64,000 bases of DNA from positions 1 to 64,000 of the IMG/VR virus record IMGVR_UViG_3300037193_000639; one strand, 5' to 3'. This document shows positions 9,414 through 17,647 of the stretch, piece by piece (the stretch's first letter is position 1; the number at the start of each line of letters is the position of its first letter). The position numbers and the translations under genes were made by a program. Under the pieces are notes generated by a model, which did not search any database, was not told the origin of the DNA, and saw nothing but the letters and a program-made list of their open reading frames with translations. Origin of the DNA: a virus.

Positions 9414-9812
9414 GCTCCTCTGTATGCTCGGGGTTAAAATATAGGGAATAGTGCGGGTCTTTGGCAGCTTCTTCTGATTCCAGCTCTAGAAGCCATTTAT
9501 CAAGGTCGAATTTTTCGCTCACAATTTTGTACCTCCTTGGATTACTCCGAGAAGAGGTTCAAGGAAGCGTTCTCCCTCTTTGTGCATGAATTCTAGAACG
9601 CTTTGTCGTGCTTCTTTGAAATCGTTGGCACCAGCTACAGCAATGCTTCGAAGTTTTCTGTTGGTGTCTCGGTAGTAGAAATTTACGTTCATTTAGTATC
9701 CCCTAGCTTACGTACAACGTTTCCGCTGATGGCATAAGAAGACCCCAGAAAACTGACGACAGTCTTATTTGTGATCAGTCCAATCATGATAATAAAGTAA
9801 TATTTTATCCAT

Positions 9813-10097
9813 CTAGTCATTGACAAAACCCTCTTCCCAATAAAATCCAAGATAGTATTGAAGTACAGTTTTAAACGCAGCAATGTAACGCAGATTTGCC
9901 TCCAAATCTTCTTGTTGATGCTCTTTGAGATGTTTCTTCTTAGATAAGTTTTCGGTTTCTTTTCGCAAAGTCTTGTAATGATATATCAGGGACTCCCGCG
10001 CAATATCATCTAGCACGTCTGCAGGTAGTGTAACGGGCATAATTTCCTCAGGTTGTTTGTGTATATGCAGTTTGATGTATGGAAAACTGTCTGTCAA
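9813..10097 (-). CDS. hypothetical protein
   Basis: ORF in the operon. Confidence 0.5.
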   Translation of the reverse strand: MTDSFPYIKLHIHKQPEEIMPVTLPADVLDDIARESLIYHYKTLRKETENLSKKKHLKEHQQEDLEANLRYIAAFKTVLQYYLGFYWEEGFVND

Positions 10098-10300
10098 GGA
10101 ATTTTTGAAATTTCACACTTCTCATTGTTGAGAAGTTTTCGTACTTGCTTCAGGAGAGCTTTTGCTTTGTTGATTTTCTGCAATGTTTCTGAATCGTTCC
10201 TTGCTGAGTATCTTTTTACTATTTGGGAAATCCTTTGTCGGCTGATTGTTTGAAAGCGCTCTGCAATTTCTTCTATAGTCATTTCGTGAATTCGTTTCAT
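10094..10300 (-). CDS. small HTH protein, sigma70 region-4-like
   Basis: MTIEEIAERF..ISRQRISQI resembles TLEEIG..F.VSRERIRQI; GGAGG SD; first gene behind a consensus promoter. Confidence 0.7.
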   Translation of the reverse strand: MKRIHEMTIEEIAERFQTISRQRISQIVKRYSARNDSETLQKINKAKALLKQVRKLLNNEKCEISKIP

Positions 10301-10320
10301 TTATTTCCTCCATACTTATA

Positions 10321-10412
10321 AGTATAAGCCACTTGTTGCATTTTGTCAAGACTTGACATTTTCATTTGGATGTGGAAATAAATATTGACAAATGACAAAG
10401 TTGGTATATACT
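10321..10412. promoter_or_regulatory. divergent sigma70 promoters
   Basis: Minus: TTGACA(10349-10344)-17-TATACT. Plus: TTGACA(10385-10390)-16-TATACT. Palindrome TGTCAAG-A-CTTGACA at 10344-10358. Confidence 0.75.
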
Positions 10413-10447
10413 GTAAATATGAAGAGCAAATTTCGAAAAGGAACTAA

Positions 10448-10819
10448 ATGAGTAATCTTGTCGTAGTTACACAAGAGGAAAATCCAAGTTTCCTGAAAGA
10501 CAAGATACAACTCCAGAAACTCCTGAAAGATCTTAACAAGGCCAGCAAGGAAGCGCTTGAGATTCTTGTTAATATCATGGAAACAACAAAGGATGAGAAG
10601 CTGAAGGCGCAATGTGCTAAAGACATTCTTCAGTTTACAATTGCAACGAACAAAGAAGTGAATGCCGATCAGATGCAACGTCTGATTGCTGAAATCAAGC
10701 TCAATCGAGCACCACAAGGTAAGCTAATCCCTTTGAATGACCCTGAAGATGTTTCCAGTGGGAAGGGGGTTGGGGATAGGCCGGTGGTCGATTTCTCAAC
10801 CGTGAGAAGTCTTGAATAA
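10448..10819 (+). CDS. hypothetical protein, possible terminase small subunit
   Basis: First gene of the virion arm, upstream of terL; helical; called by position only. Confidence 0.45.
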   Translation: MSNLVVVTQEENPSFLKDKIQLQKLLKDLNKASKEALEILVNIMETTKDEKLKAQCAKDILQFTIATNKEVNADQMQRLIAEIKLNRAPQGKLIPLNDPEDVSSGKGVGDRPVVDFSTVRSLE

Positions 10820-10835
10820 AGTTTAATAAGGTTAT

Positions 10836-10919
10836 GGTGATGTAGCCCGTCATGGGGTAGCTACGGTAGGTTAATCCTGCTCGCCGTGAGGCGTTCTGGT
10901 TCGAGTCCAGAGATCACCA
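10836..10919 (+). tRNA. atypical or degenerate tRNA-Leu(TAA)-like gene
   Basis: GGTGAT/ATCACC acceptor, TCTGG-TTCGAGT-CCAGA T arm, CGCC-GTGA-GGCG variable arm, loop GT-TAA-TC. D arm is abnormal and no CCA is encoded. Confidence 0.5.
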
Positions 10920-10926
10920 AATTTAT

Positions 10927-11016
10927 AGAGGATTGGCTGAGTGGCTGATAGCAGCGGATTGCTAATCCGCAGGGTCTGTAAAGGCTCCATAGGTTCGAAT
11001 CCTATATCCTCTGCCA
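10927..11016 (+). tRNA. tRNA-Ser(GCT)
   Basis: AGAGGAT/ATCCTCT acceptor, GCGGA-TTGCTAA-TCCGC anticodon arm, long variable arm, ATAGG-TTCGAAT-CCTAT, G-CCA end. Confidence 0.95.
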
Positions 11017-11018
11017 AG

Positions 11019-11157
11019 ACACTTGATGGTAGACTTAGGGCCATAAGGAATACAGTGGAAGGTTGTTTGGTGATGCGGGTTCGAGCCCCGTCTTAGAGCA
11101 GGATAGCCACCATAGATACTAGTTACTAGAAGCTGTATTTGCTGCCATCAAATGTGT
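11019..11157 (+). ncRNA. putative structured ncRNA with internal T-arm
   Basis: Closing stems TTGATGGTAG/CTGCCATCAA and AATACAGT/GCTGTATT; GCGGG-TTCGAGC-CCCGT; lies between two tRNAs. Confidence 0.6.
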
Positions 11158-11172
11158 TGGTTTAATTTATGT

Positions 11173-11270
11173 GGAAGCGCCATCCGATTGGCGACGGAGC
11201 CGGTCTTGAAAACCGTGTGAGTTATGCTAACGCATAGCCTTGGGAGTTCGACTCTACCCCGCTTCCTCCA
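11173..11270 (+). tRNA. tRNA-Ser(TGA), atypical
   Basis: GGAAGCG/CGCTTCC acceptor, CGGT-CTTGAAA-ACCG, long variable arm, bulged T stem, T-CCA end. Confidence 0.85.
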
Positions 11271-11347
11271 AAGATTTTGTGGAGAGGACTTCCGGTTTGG
11301 GAGGTCAAAGTGCATTTGCAAGGTAGCGTGGCAGTGTACAAGCATTT

Positions 11348-11382
11348 AGAACCCTTCTTGGTGAGAGCCTTGAAGGGTTTTT
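11348..11382 (+). terminator. terminator-like hairpin after tRNA cluster
   Basis: GAACCCTTC...GAAGGGTTT followed by Ts. Confidence 0.55.
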
Positions 11383-11394
11383 GTGTTGGAGTGG

Positions 11395-11487
11395 TTTTAA
11401 AGAGGCGTCCTTGGTAGGCATCAACCCTCCAAAATACTGAGGCCGACCTCTTTAAAATTATTTCAACAACAACCTTGGAGGGTTGAT
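11395..11487 (+). promoter_or_regulatory. RBS-sequestering RNA pseudoknot
   Basis: Stems TTTTAAAGAGG/CCTCTTTAAAA and CCTTGGTA/TACTGAGG. Loop ATCAACCCTCCAA is the exact complement of TTGGAGGGTTGAT (the SD). Confidence 0.65.
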
Positions 11488-11523
11488 ATTATGCAACAAC
11501 TGAATCTGTTTTAGAGGCAAAAA

Positions 11524-12096
11524 GTGTGTGATGTTGGTATAAGTCCGGTTAGGCACAAAATTTATGAGGACGGGAAGAGAACACGAGGCTACTCTGTGTG
11601 GCACAGTATGTTAAATAGGGCCTATAACTTGAAACGGACTGCGGGTAAGAAGGCTTATGAAGGCGTCGCCGTTTGCGATGAGTGGTTGTCAGGGGATGTG
11701 TTTATTGATTGGTGTGAGAAACAAGTTGGATTTTCTGACCCATTGTTTCAACTTGACAAAGATATCTTAGTGAAATGGAATAAGATTTACTCACCAAAGA
11801 CATGCGTGTTTGTACCTCGTGAGATTAACTTAGCAATTACTAGAAGTGACTCTAGCAGGGGTGAATTTCCTATAGGTGTTTCTTGGAGTCATAAATCGGA
11901 AAAGTTTGGGGCCTATTTAAGTGAGTTTGGTAAACTTAGATACCTCGGAATGTTTCCAACACCAGAGGAAGCTTTCTACACATATAAGTCAGCTAAAGAG
12001 AAGTATTTAAAAGTTCTTGCTGACAAATATAAAGATGTCATAGACCGCAGATGTTATGAAGCTCTTTGTGCGTATCAGGTGGAGATAACGGATTAA
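11524..12096 (+). CDS. free-standing HNH(DKD-type)/AP2 homing endonuclease
   Basis: YSVWHSMLNR, VCDEW, LDKDIL...YSPKTCVFVPREIN, PIGVS, YLGMF.TPEEAF. The in-frame ATG at 11491 is separated from it by TAG 11512. Confidence 0.8.
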   Translation: MCDVGISPVRHKIYEDGKRTRGYSVWHSMLNRAYNLKRTAGKKAYEGVAVCDEWLSGDVFIDWCEKQVGFSDPLFQLDKDILVKWNKIYSPKTCVFVPREINLAITRSDSSRGEFPIGVSWSHKSEKFGAYLSEFGKLRYLGMFPTPEEAFYTYKSAKEKYLKVLADKYKDVIDRRCYEALCAYQVEITD

Positions 12097-12098
12097 AT

Positions 12099-13842
12099 AT
12101 GAGCAAACGAATTTACGGCCCCTGTAGTGAACGTCAACGTCTATTTCTAATGGACACAACAACAGACGTAATTTTGCTTGGTGGTAAACAATCTGCCTCC
12201 AAGGGTAAAAAACAACTCTCTAATTGCTGGAAAATCTCGATGAGACAATCAGCAGCGAAGGTTCTCAATGATGAGAACAACGTTCAACGACTAGCCGAAA
12301 GGCGTACACCTAAGCGGGTGGAAACGGGAGTCTCCTTGACAGGATGAAGATATAGTCTGAACTGCATGGCGACATGCAGCAGCTTTGCAAAAGCGGGGTA
12401 GTAGTAGCGATACTACCTGAACATATTTGGGCGCTGGAGGAGGCAAATCATTCACCTGTCTTACAAAAAACCTAGACGGCTTAGACGATCCATATTTCCG
12501 CTGCACTATCTTTCGTCGCACATACCCAGAGCTTAAACGTCAGGGTGGTTTGATTGACGAAAGCAAGCAAGTATACAGAGATTTTGGTGGTGTCTACAAA
12601 TCACAGGCAATGAAGTGGATTTTCCCAAGTGGCGCAGAAGTTTCGTTTTCTGCTATCTCTTGTGACGATGATCTAGGCTCTTGGCAAGGCTCACAGTTGG
12701 TTCGTGCACTAGTGGACGAAGCTGCAGATAAGTGGACAGAGAAGCAGGTTTTGTTTCTGTTGTCTCGTTTGCGGTCAGCACATTCTAAAATTCATCCTCA
12801 ACTAATTTTGACATGTAACCCAGACATTAATTCGTTCTTGAAGTCTTGGGTGGATTTCTGTTTAGATCCAGACACAGGGGTTCCTGTCGAGGGGACAGAA
12901 AATCGGGTTAGGTGGTTCATTGTTATTGACAATAAGGCACACTGGGCTGATTCCCCTGAAGAGGTGTTTGAGAAGTATGGTAAGCCGCGCAACATGATTT
13001 ATGCACACGGGCTTACTGAGGAAGAAATGAATAGTTACTCTCCTCAAGAACGCCTCCGCTTGTGCATGCCTAAGTCTTTCCGGTTTCTGCCTACCGGAGT
13101 GTTTGACAATCCTTACCTGCTCCCGCCAAGGAACAATAGCTATCTGCCAAACTTGCTGGCACAGCCGTATGTCAACCAGCTTAAGTACCTCCATGGATCA
13201 TGGACGGCTAAGGAAGCTGCAGGAGGCTACTTCAAACGTGAATGGACTCCTATCGTAGATTATCCTCCTGAGAATCCTATCTCCCGTGTTCGCTCTTGGG
13301 ACTTTGCAGCCTCTGAAGAAAGCGTTGCCAATCCCAACCCTGACTGGACTGCAGGGGTGAAGATGTCACGGGATAAGTATGGAATCTATTACATTGAACA
13401 CGTCGAACGCTTCCGTGCAAGAACTGACAAGGTATTGAAAGAGGTTATTGACGTAGCTAAGTCGGATGGTTTGGACGAATGTGGTGTGACCATCCCTAAA
13501 GACCCCGGTGCAGCAGGAGCTACAGCAAATGCCTTCTATATTAGGACGCTTGCAGAAGCAGGGGTAGCAGCTAAATCATGTACGATTTCTGGGCACAGTG
13601 GCAAGGTAACACGTTTCAAGCCATTTGCTGCATTAGCAGAGAGCGGTTCTGTTAGGGTGGTTAGAGGTGATTGGAATGATGCTTTCTTTAATGAGCTAGA
13701 AGAATTCGATGGCTCAAGGGGTAAGAAGGACGACCAGGTGGATGCTGTGTCGGATGCTTTTGCTACTTTGGCAAGACAGTTGCAGATGCCGACGATTGTG
13801 ATCCCTTCTCTGGAACAACCCTCCCCAATTCCAACAGTTTAA
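12099..13842 (+). CDS. terL: terminase large subunit, join(12099..12185,12430..13842), ~499 aa
   Basis: Splicing rebuilds Walker A LLGG|GAGGGKS; Walker B LVDEA, LTCNP, WDFA, KDDQVDA nuclease motif. Confidence 0.93.
12186..12429 (+). mobile_element. ORF-less group I intron (IA2-like), 244 nt
   Basis: P1 CTTGGTGGT/GCCTCCAAG with U.G at the splice site; P AATTGCTGGAAA, Q AATCAGCAGC, R GTTCAACGACTAG, S AAGATATAGTCT; P7.1/P7.2 and P9 hairpins; ends in G; removal restores the frame. Confidence 0.93.
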
Positions 13843-13845
13843 AAA

Positions 13846-13905
13846 TTGTCAAGACTTGACATTTTGAAATAACCTATTGACAAATTACCTTCAGGAATGT
13901 ATAAT
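13846..13905 (+). promoter_or_regulatory. consensus sigma70 promoter preceded by TGTCAAGACTTGACA palindrome
   Basis: TTGACA(13877)-17-TATAAT(13900); near-copy of the 10343-10393 cassette. Confidence 0.8.
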
Positions 13906-13933
13906 AGTATTAAACATAAGGAGTAAATTCAAT

Positions 13934-15442
13934 ATGCCTGATGCGCAGAACACGCCGACAGGCGTAGAATCTGCTCTGCAGCCAGACAAAGACTCTGTAA
14001 TCCCCCGAATCTCCCTCGGTGAGCAAGGAATAATTGGCCTTCGAATCCGCGCAAAGCAGATCGTAGAAGAAACCAACGCAGCCTTCCGCTATCCAAATTT
14101 CATCCGTACTGTAAACGAAATGCGCCACAACACCACTGTTGGCTCGGCTATGAACGTCTACAGAATGATGATGGGCAGGGTGAAGTGGGACGTAGAGCCT
14201 CCTGTCGGTGCAACAGAACAAGATAAAGCACGTACTGCTGCTGTCCGTACAATGATGGATGACATGGAGCACTCGTGGGCCTCGTTCATCGAAAGTGTTA
14301 TACCCTCCCTCGAATATGGTTTTGCAATCAACGAGAAAGTATTTCGTAGACGTTTGAAGCGAAACGGCTCTAAATACAATGACGGTATCGTTGGTTTGCG
14401 TAAACTTCCAACTCGAAACCAAGATACGATTTGTGGGTGGGGGTTTTCAGAAGATGGTTCAGATCTCCTCCATGTGGAGCAGTCTCTACAAAACCTAGAA
14501 AATTCTTATAGGTTCCAAAACCGCACGAACGTCAACGGTAAGATAGAAATCCCACGAAGCAAGTTTCTTCTATTTTCTGCTTCCGCCAATAAAGGCAATC
14601 CAGAAGGTAACTCGATATACAAGAACGTATATCTCGCTTACAAAAGGCTTGAGCTTCTACAAGACCAAGAACTCCTTGGAATTGCGAAGGACGTACAAGG
14701 GATTTTGAAAATCGAAATCCCTGTCAAGTATCTTGACCCTAACGCATCAGCAGAAGATCAAGCTGTTAAGGAAGCGTTTCAAAAGATCATCGATAACTAC
14801 AATGCCGGAACCCAGAGAGGTTTGCTGCTGCCGAGAATTCTAGATGAAAAGGGTATTTCGTTATTTGATTACTCTCTCATGGAAAGCAAGGGCGGTGCCA
14901 AATACGATACCGAATCAGTTATCCGCAGACTCCAACAAGACATCCTCTCAGCACTAAACGTTGACATCTTGAAAATGGGTGCAGAGGGCACTGGCAGTTT
15001 CTCTCTCGCTCAGACCAAAACATCTGTTTTAGCTCTCGCTATTGATTATCGTCTGCGAGAAATCCAAGAAGTTCTCAACTCCGATTTGATGCGCTCAATC
15101 TTTGAGTTGAATGGTTGGGGTTGTGAAAACCTTCCTAAATTCGTTTACGCAGATGTTGAAGAGATCGATTTGGAAACATTTAGTAAGGCTTGCCAGCGCC
15201 TGTTCTCCACAAGTGCAATTGAAGTGGATCGTAAAGTCATGAATAGGATTCGTGAAGCTATTGGCGTTGACGCGAAGCCTGATGATGAAGAGGTGGATGT
15301 AGATAACCTCCCCGGAAATCTAGTAGGAATGTCTTCTCGATCTGGCGATGGGATGGAAGTCGGTACGACTGGGAACGGTACATCTAAGGGTGGGGGTTCT
15401 GGTCAAAACTCTTCAGACAATAATTCAGATAATGCAGCATAA
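13934..15442 (+). CDS. portal protein
   Basis: Follows terL; AAGGAG SD before ATG 13934; YGFAINEKV, GNPEG, GSFSLA portal-type motifs. Confidence 0.85.
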   Translation: MPDAQNTPTGVESALQPDKDSVIPRISLGEQGIIGLRIRAKQIVEETNAAFRYPNFIRTVNEMRHNTTVGSAMNVYRMMMGRVKWDVEPPVGATEQDKARTAAVRTMMDDMEHSWASFIESVIPSLEYGFAINEKVFRRRLKRNGSKYNDGIVGLRKLPTRNQDTICGWGFSEDGSDLLHVEQSLQNLENSYRFQNRTNVNGKIEIPRSKFLLFSASANKGNPEGNSIYKNVYLAYKRLELLQDQELLGIAKDVQGILKIEIPVKYLDPNASAEDQAVKEAFQKIIDNYNAGTQRGLLLPRILDEKGISLFDYSLMESKGGAKYDTESVIRRLQQDILSALNVDILKMGAEGTGSFSLAQTKTSVLALAIDYRLREIQEVLNSDLMRSIFELNGWGCENLPKFVYADVEEIDLETFSKACQRLFSTSAIEVDRKVMNRIREAIGVDAKPDDEEVDVDNLPGNLVGMSSRSGDGMEVGTTGNGTSKGGGSGQNSSDNNSDNAA

Positions 15443-15457
15443 ATAAGGAGGCTGAAC

Positions 15458-16321
15458 ATGCCAAAATCGCACAGTCTCTTTAGGCTGTATTCAAAAATTC
15501 ACAATGTCCCCCATCTTATCACACCAGAAGCTTTCACCGTAATTCTAGACTATCTTGATAGCAGAAATCAAGCTGGAATCATCAAAGCAGATATCTACGA
15601 AGAAGACTATGAATCTCTGGAAGAAGACCAACCGAAAATGTACAAGGATGGTCTTGGTGTTCTTCGTGTTGATGGCTCTTTGACCTACAAGCCAGTGATG
15701 ACAATGTGTGGCTCTGTCGGAACAAGCTACACACAACTCGTAGAGCAAGTTGAAGAGATGGCTGAAGCAGGTGTTCGGACAATTGTCATGGAAGTAACTT
15801 CCGGTGGTGGTGAAGCATCTCACGTTTTCCAAGCTTGTGAAGACATCCGTGCAATCTGTGATGAACATAACATCAAAATGATTGGCTACGCAGATACCGT
15901 TGCAGCTAGTGCGGCTTATGCGTTGATTTGCGTCTGCGATGAAGTGATTGCAAATCCGTCAGCTTCGCTAGGCTCTATTGGCTGTGTTGTAGCCCTTCTA
16001 GATGCTTCGGAAGCAATGAAGAAAGAAGGATACAGACGAATCTTCGTAACTTCAGGCGAGAACAAAGTGCCCTTCAATGAAGACGGATTCTCCTTCAAAA
16101 AAGAATTTCTAGAAGAGATTCAAGAAGACGTTGACAAGCTTAATGTGGAATTCTCAGAGCATGTAAGCCGTTATACCGGTCTTTCCGCAGACACGATCAT
16201 GGGTTTTGAAGCTAAGTGCTTCAATGCAGACGAGGCGTTAGAACGTGGCCTGTGCAACAAGATTATGACTAACCGAGAGTTTGCTGCTTATGTGGCTGAC
16301 TTGCATAAGAGGAGCATTTAA
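15458..16321 (+). CDS. S49-family prohead protease
   Basis: SGGGEA, AASAAYAL, GSIG, SGENK, A.EALERGL. Confidence 0.88.
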   Translation: MPKSHSLFRLYSKIHNVPHLITPEAFTVILDYLDSRNQAGIIKADIYEEDYESLEEDQPKMYKDGLGVLRVDGSLTYKPVMTMCGSVGTSYTQLVEQVEEMAEAGVRTIVMEVTSGGGEASHVFQACEDIRAICDEHNIKMIGYADTVAASAAYALICVCDEVIANPSASLGSIGCVVALLDASEAMKKEGYRRIFVTSGENKVPFNEDGFSFKKEFLEEIQEDVDKLNVEFSEHVSRYTGLSADTIMGFEAKCFNADEALERGLCNKIMTNREFAAYVADLHKRSI

Positions 16322-16890
16322 TGCTTAAGGAAAACCAAATGTTGAGGAGCATTACAAAGCTCTTCACTGGTGAGAAAGAAAGTGAAGAAATGAAAAAAGA
16401 TGAGGCGCAAGCTTCTGAAACTAGTCTGACAATCACTGGCCAAGTGGTTGCAGATCTCACAGCAGGGATGGAAAAACTGCAAGCGGACTTTGAGGCATTT
16501 AAGACAGAAGCTAACGCATTGATTGCTCAAGCAGATGCGGAAAAAGCTGAACTGAAAAAACAGGTTGAAACACTCGTTGTAGAAAAAGCCGCAATGATTG
16601 CCGATGCTGCTGCTAAAAAACTTGCAACTCGCAAAGCGAAAGTTGAGGCAGCAATTGGCGAGAATGAACGTGCAGCAAAACTGCTTACTGCTACTGAACA
16701 AATGGAAGACGCAGCGTTTGAAGCCATTGTAGCTGCTCTTGAAACTTCAATTGATGCTGAAGCCAAATCGCAAATGTTTACTGAAGCCGGTGTCGCTGCT
16801 TCTGCCGATGTGACGAAAGTTGCTGAAGGTTCTGGCACCAAAAAACTGCAGGCTCTTATTGAGGCTGAACTTGGAATTACTGCGCAATAA
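16321..16890 (+). CDS. putative scaffolding protein
   Basis: Ala/Glu/Lys-rich coiled coil between the protease and capsid genes. Confidence 0.65.
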   Translation: MLKENQMLRSITKLFTGEKESEEMKKDEAQASETSLTITGQVVADLTAGMEKLQADFEAFKTEANALIAQADAEKAELKKQVETLVVEKAAMIADAAAKKLATRKAKVEAAIGENERAAKLLTATEQMEDAAFEAIVAALETSIDAEAKSQMFTEAGVAASADVTKVAEGSGTKKLQALIEAELGITAQ

Positions 16891-16927
16891 GTAGCGCACA
16901 TTCAATTAATATTTTAAAGGAAATCAA

Positions 16928-17629
16928 ATGACTGTTGTTGCTACAGATACCCGCCGGTATTCGAACCTAGTCAAGCGCGAAATGTGGGCCGAATGGGGCT
17001 ACTGCAAGAAGCTTGTCACCGTATATCAAGGTGCTGCTACTCTCGCTATTGGTGCCGTTCTCGGCAAATTTATTGCTTCTCCTACTGGCACTGCTTCCGC
17101 TGCTGCTGGTAACACTGGTAATGGAGCTATGGGTGCTGTTACCGTCACTTCTAACAAAAATCTTCAACTCGGCACTTACAAAGTAACGATTGTTAAGGCT
17201 GCTGCAAACGCTGGTGACTTCGTTGTTACTGATCCTGCTGGTGATGTTGCAGGTTTTGGTACGGTTGCCGTCGCGTACAGCCAAGGCGGTATTGCTTTCA
17301 CCCTTGCTGACGGTGCTACTGACTTTGTGGTTGGTGACTCTTTCAATATCGTTGTAGCTGGCACTGAGAAATACAAGCTTGTCGAAGCTACTGCAACTGA
17401 TGGGACTGAGGTAGCTAGTGTTGTGGTGGTTGGTAATGCAACCGGCAACGCTGTATCTACTGCTGTCACTGCAAACACTGATACGTCGTTCCTCGTGCTA
17501 TATCGCGGCCCTTGCGCTGTTGCTGATACCGCTCTCTCGTACGGCACTTCTGTCAACACCGATGACGAGAAAACTGCACTGTACAACCAGCTTCGTGCTG
17601 TTGGTATTGACGTACTGACTCAGATCTAA
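16928..17629 (+). CDS. head decoration protein
   Basis: Precedes the MCP; GNTGNG, ADGATDF.VGD.F insert, RGP motif. Confidence 0.75.
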   Translation: MTVVATDTRRYSNLVKREMWAEWGYCKKLVTVYQGAATLAIGAVLGKFIASPTGTASAAAGNTGNGAMGAVTVTSNKNLQLGTYKVTIVKAAANAGDFVVTDPAGDVAGFGTVAVAYSQGGIAFTLADGATDFVVGDSFNIVVAGTEKYKLVEATATDGTEVASVVVVGNATGNAVSTAVTANTDTSFLVLYRGPCAVADTALSYGTSVNTDDEKTALYNQLRAVGIDVLTQI

Positions 17630-17647
17630 TTTTAAAGGAAACAAATA

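Noticed and set aside
11173-11270. Possible tRNA-Sec or opal suppressor
   Set aside because: The anticodon reads TGA (decodes UCA, Ser), not TCA; the acceptor stem is 7 bp.
11271-11345. Theta/HDV-like ribozyme after the tRNA
   Set aside because: Two hairpins are present, but I could not build the nested double pseudoknot.
11512-11514. Genome-wide TAG recoding
   Set aside because: Genes are intact under code 11, TAG ends real genes (e.g. the resolvase) and no CUA tRNA is seen.
12066-12347. 93-aa ORF before terL
   Set aside because: It is terL exon 1 read on into the intron.
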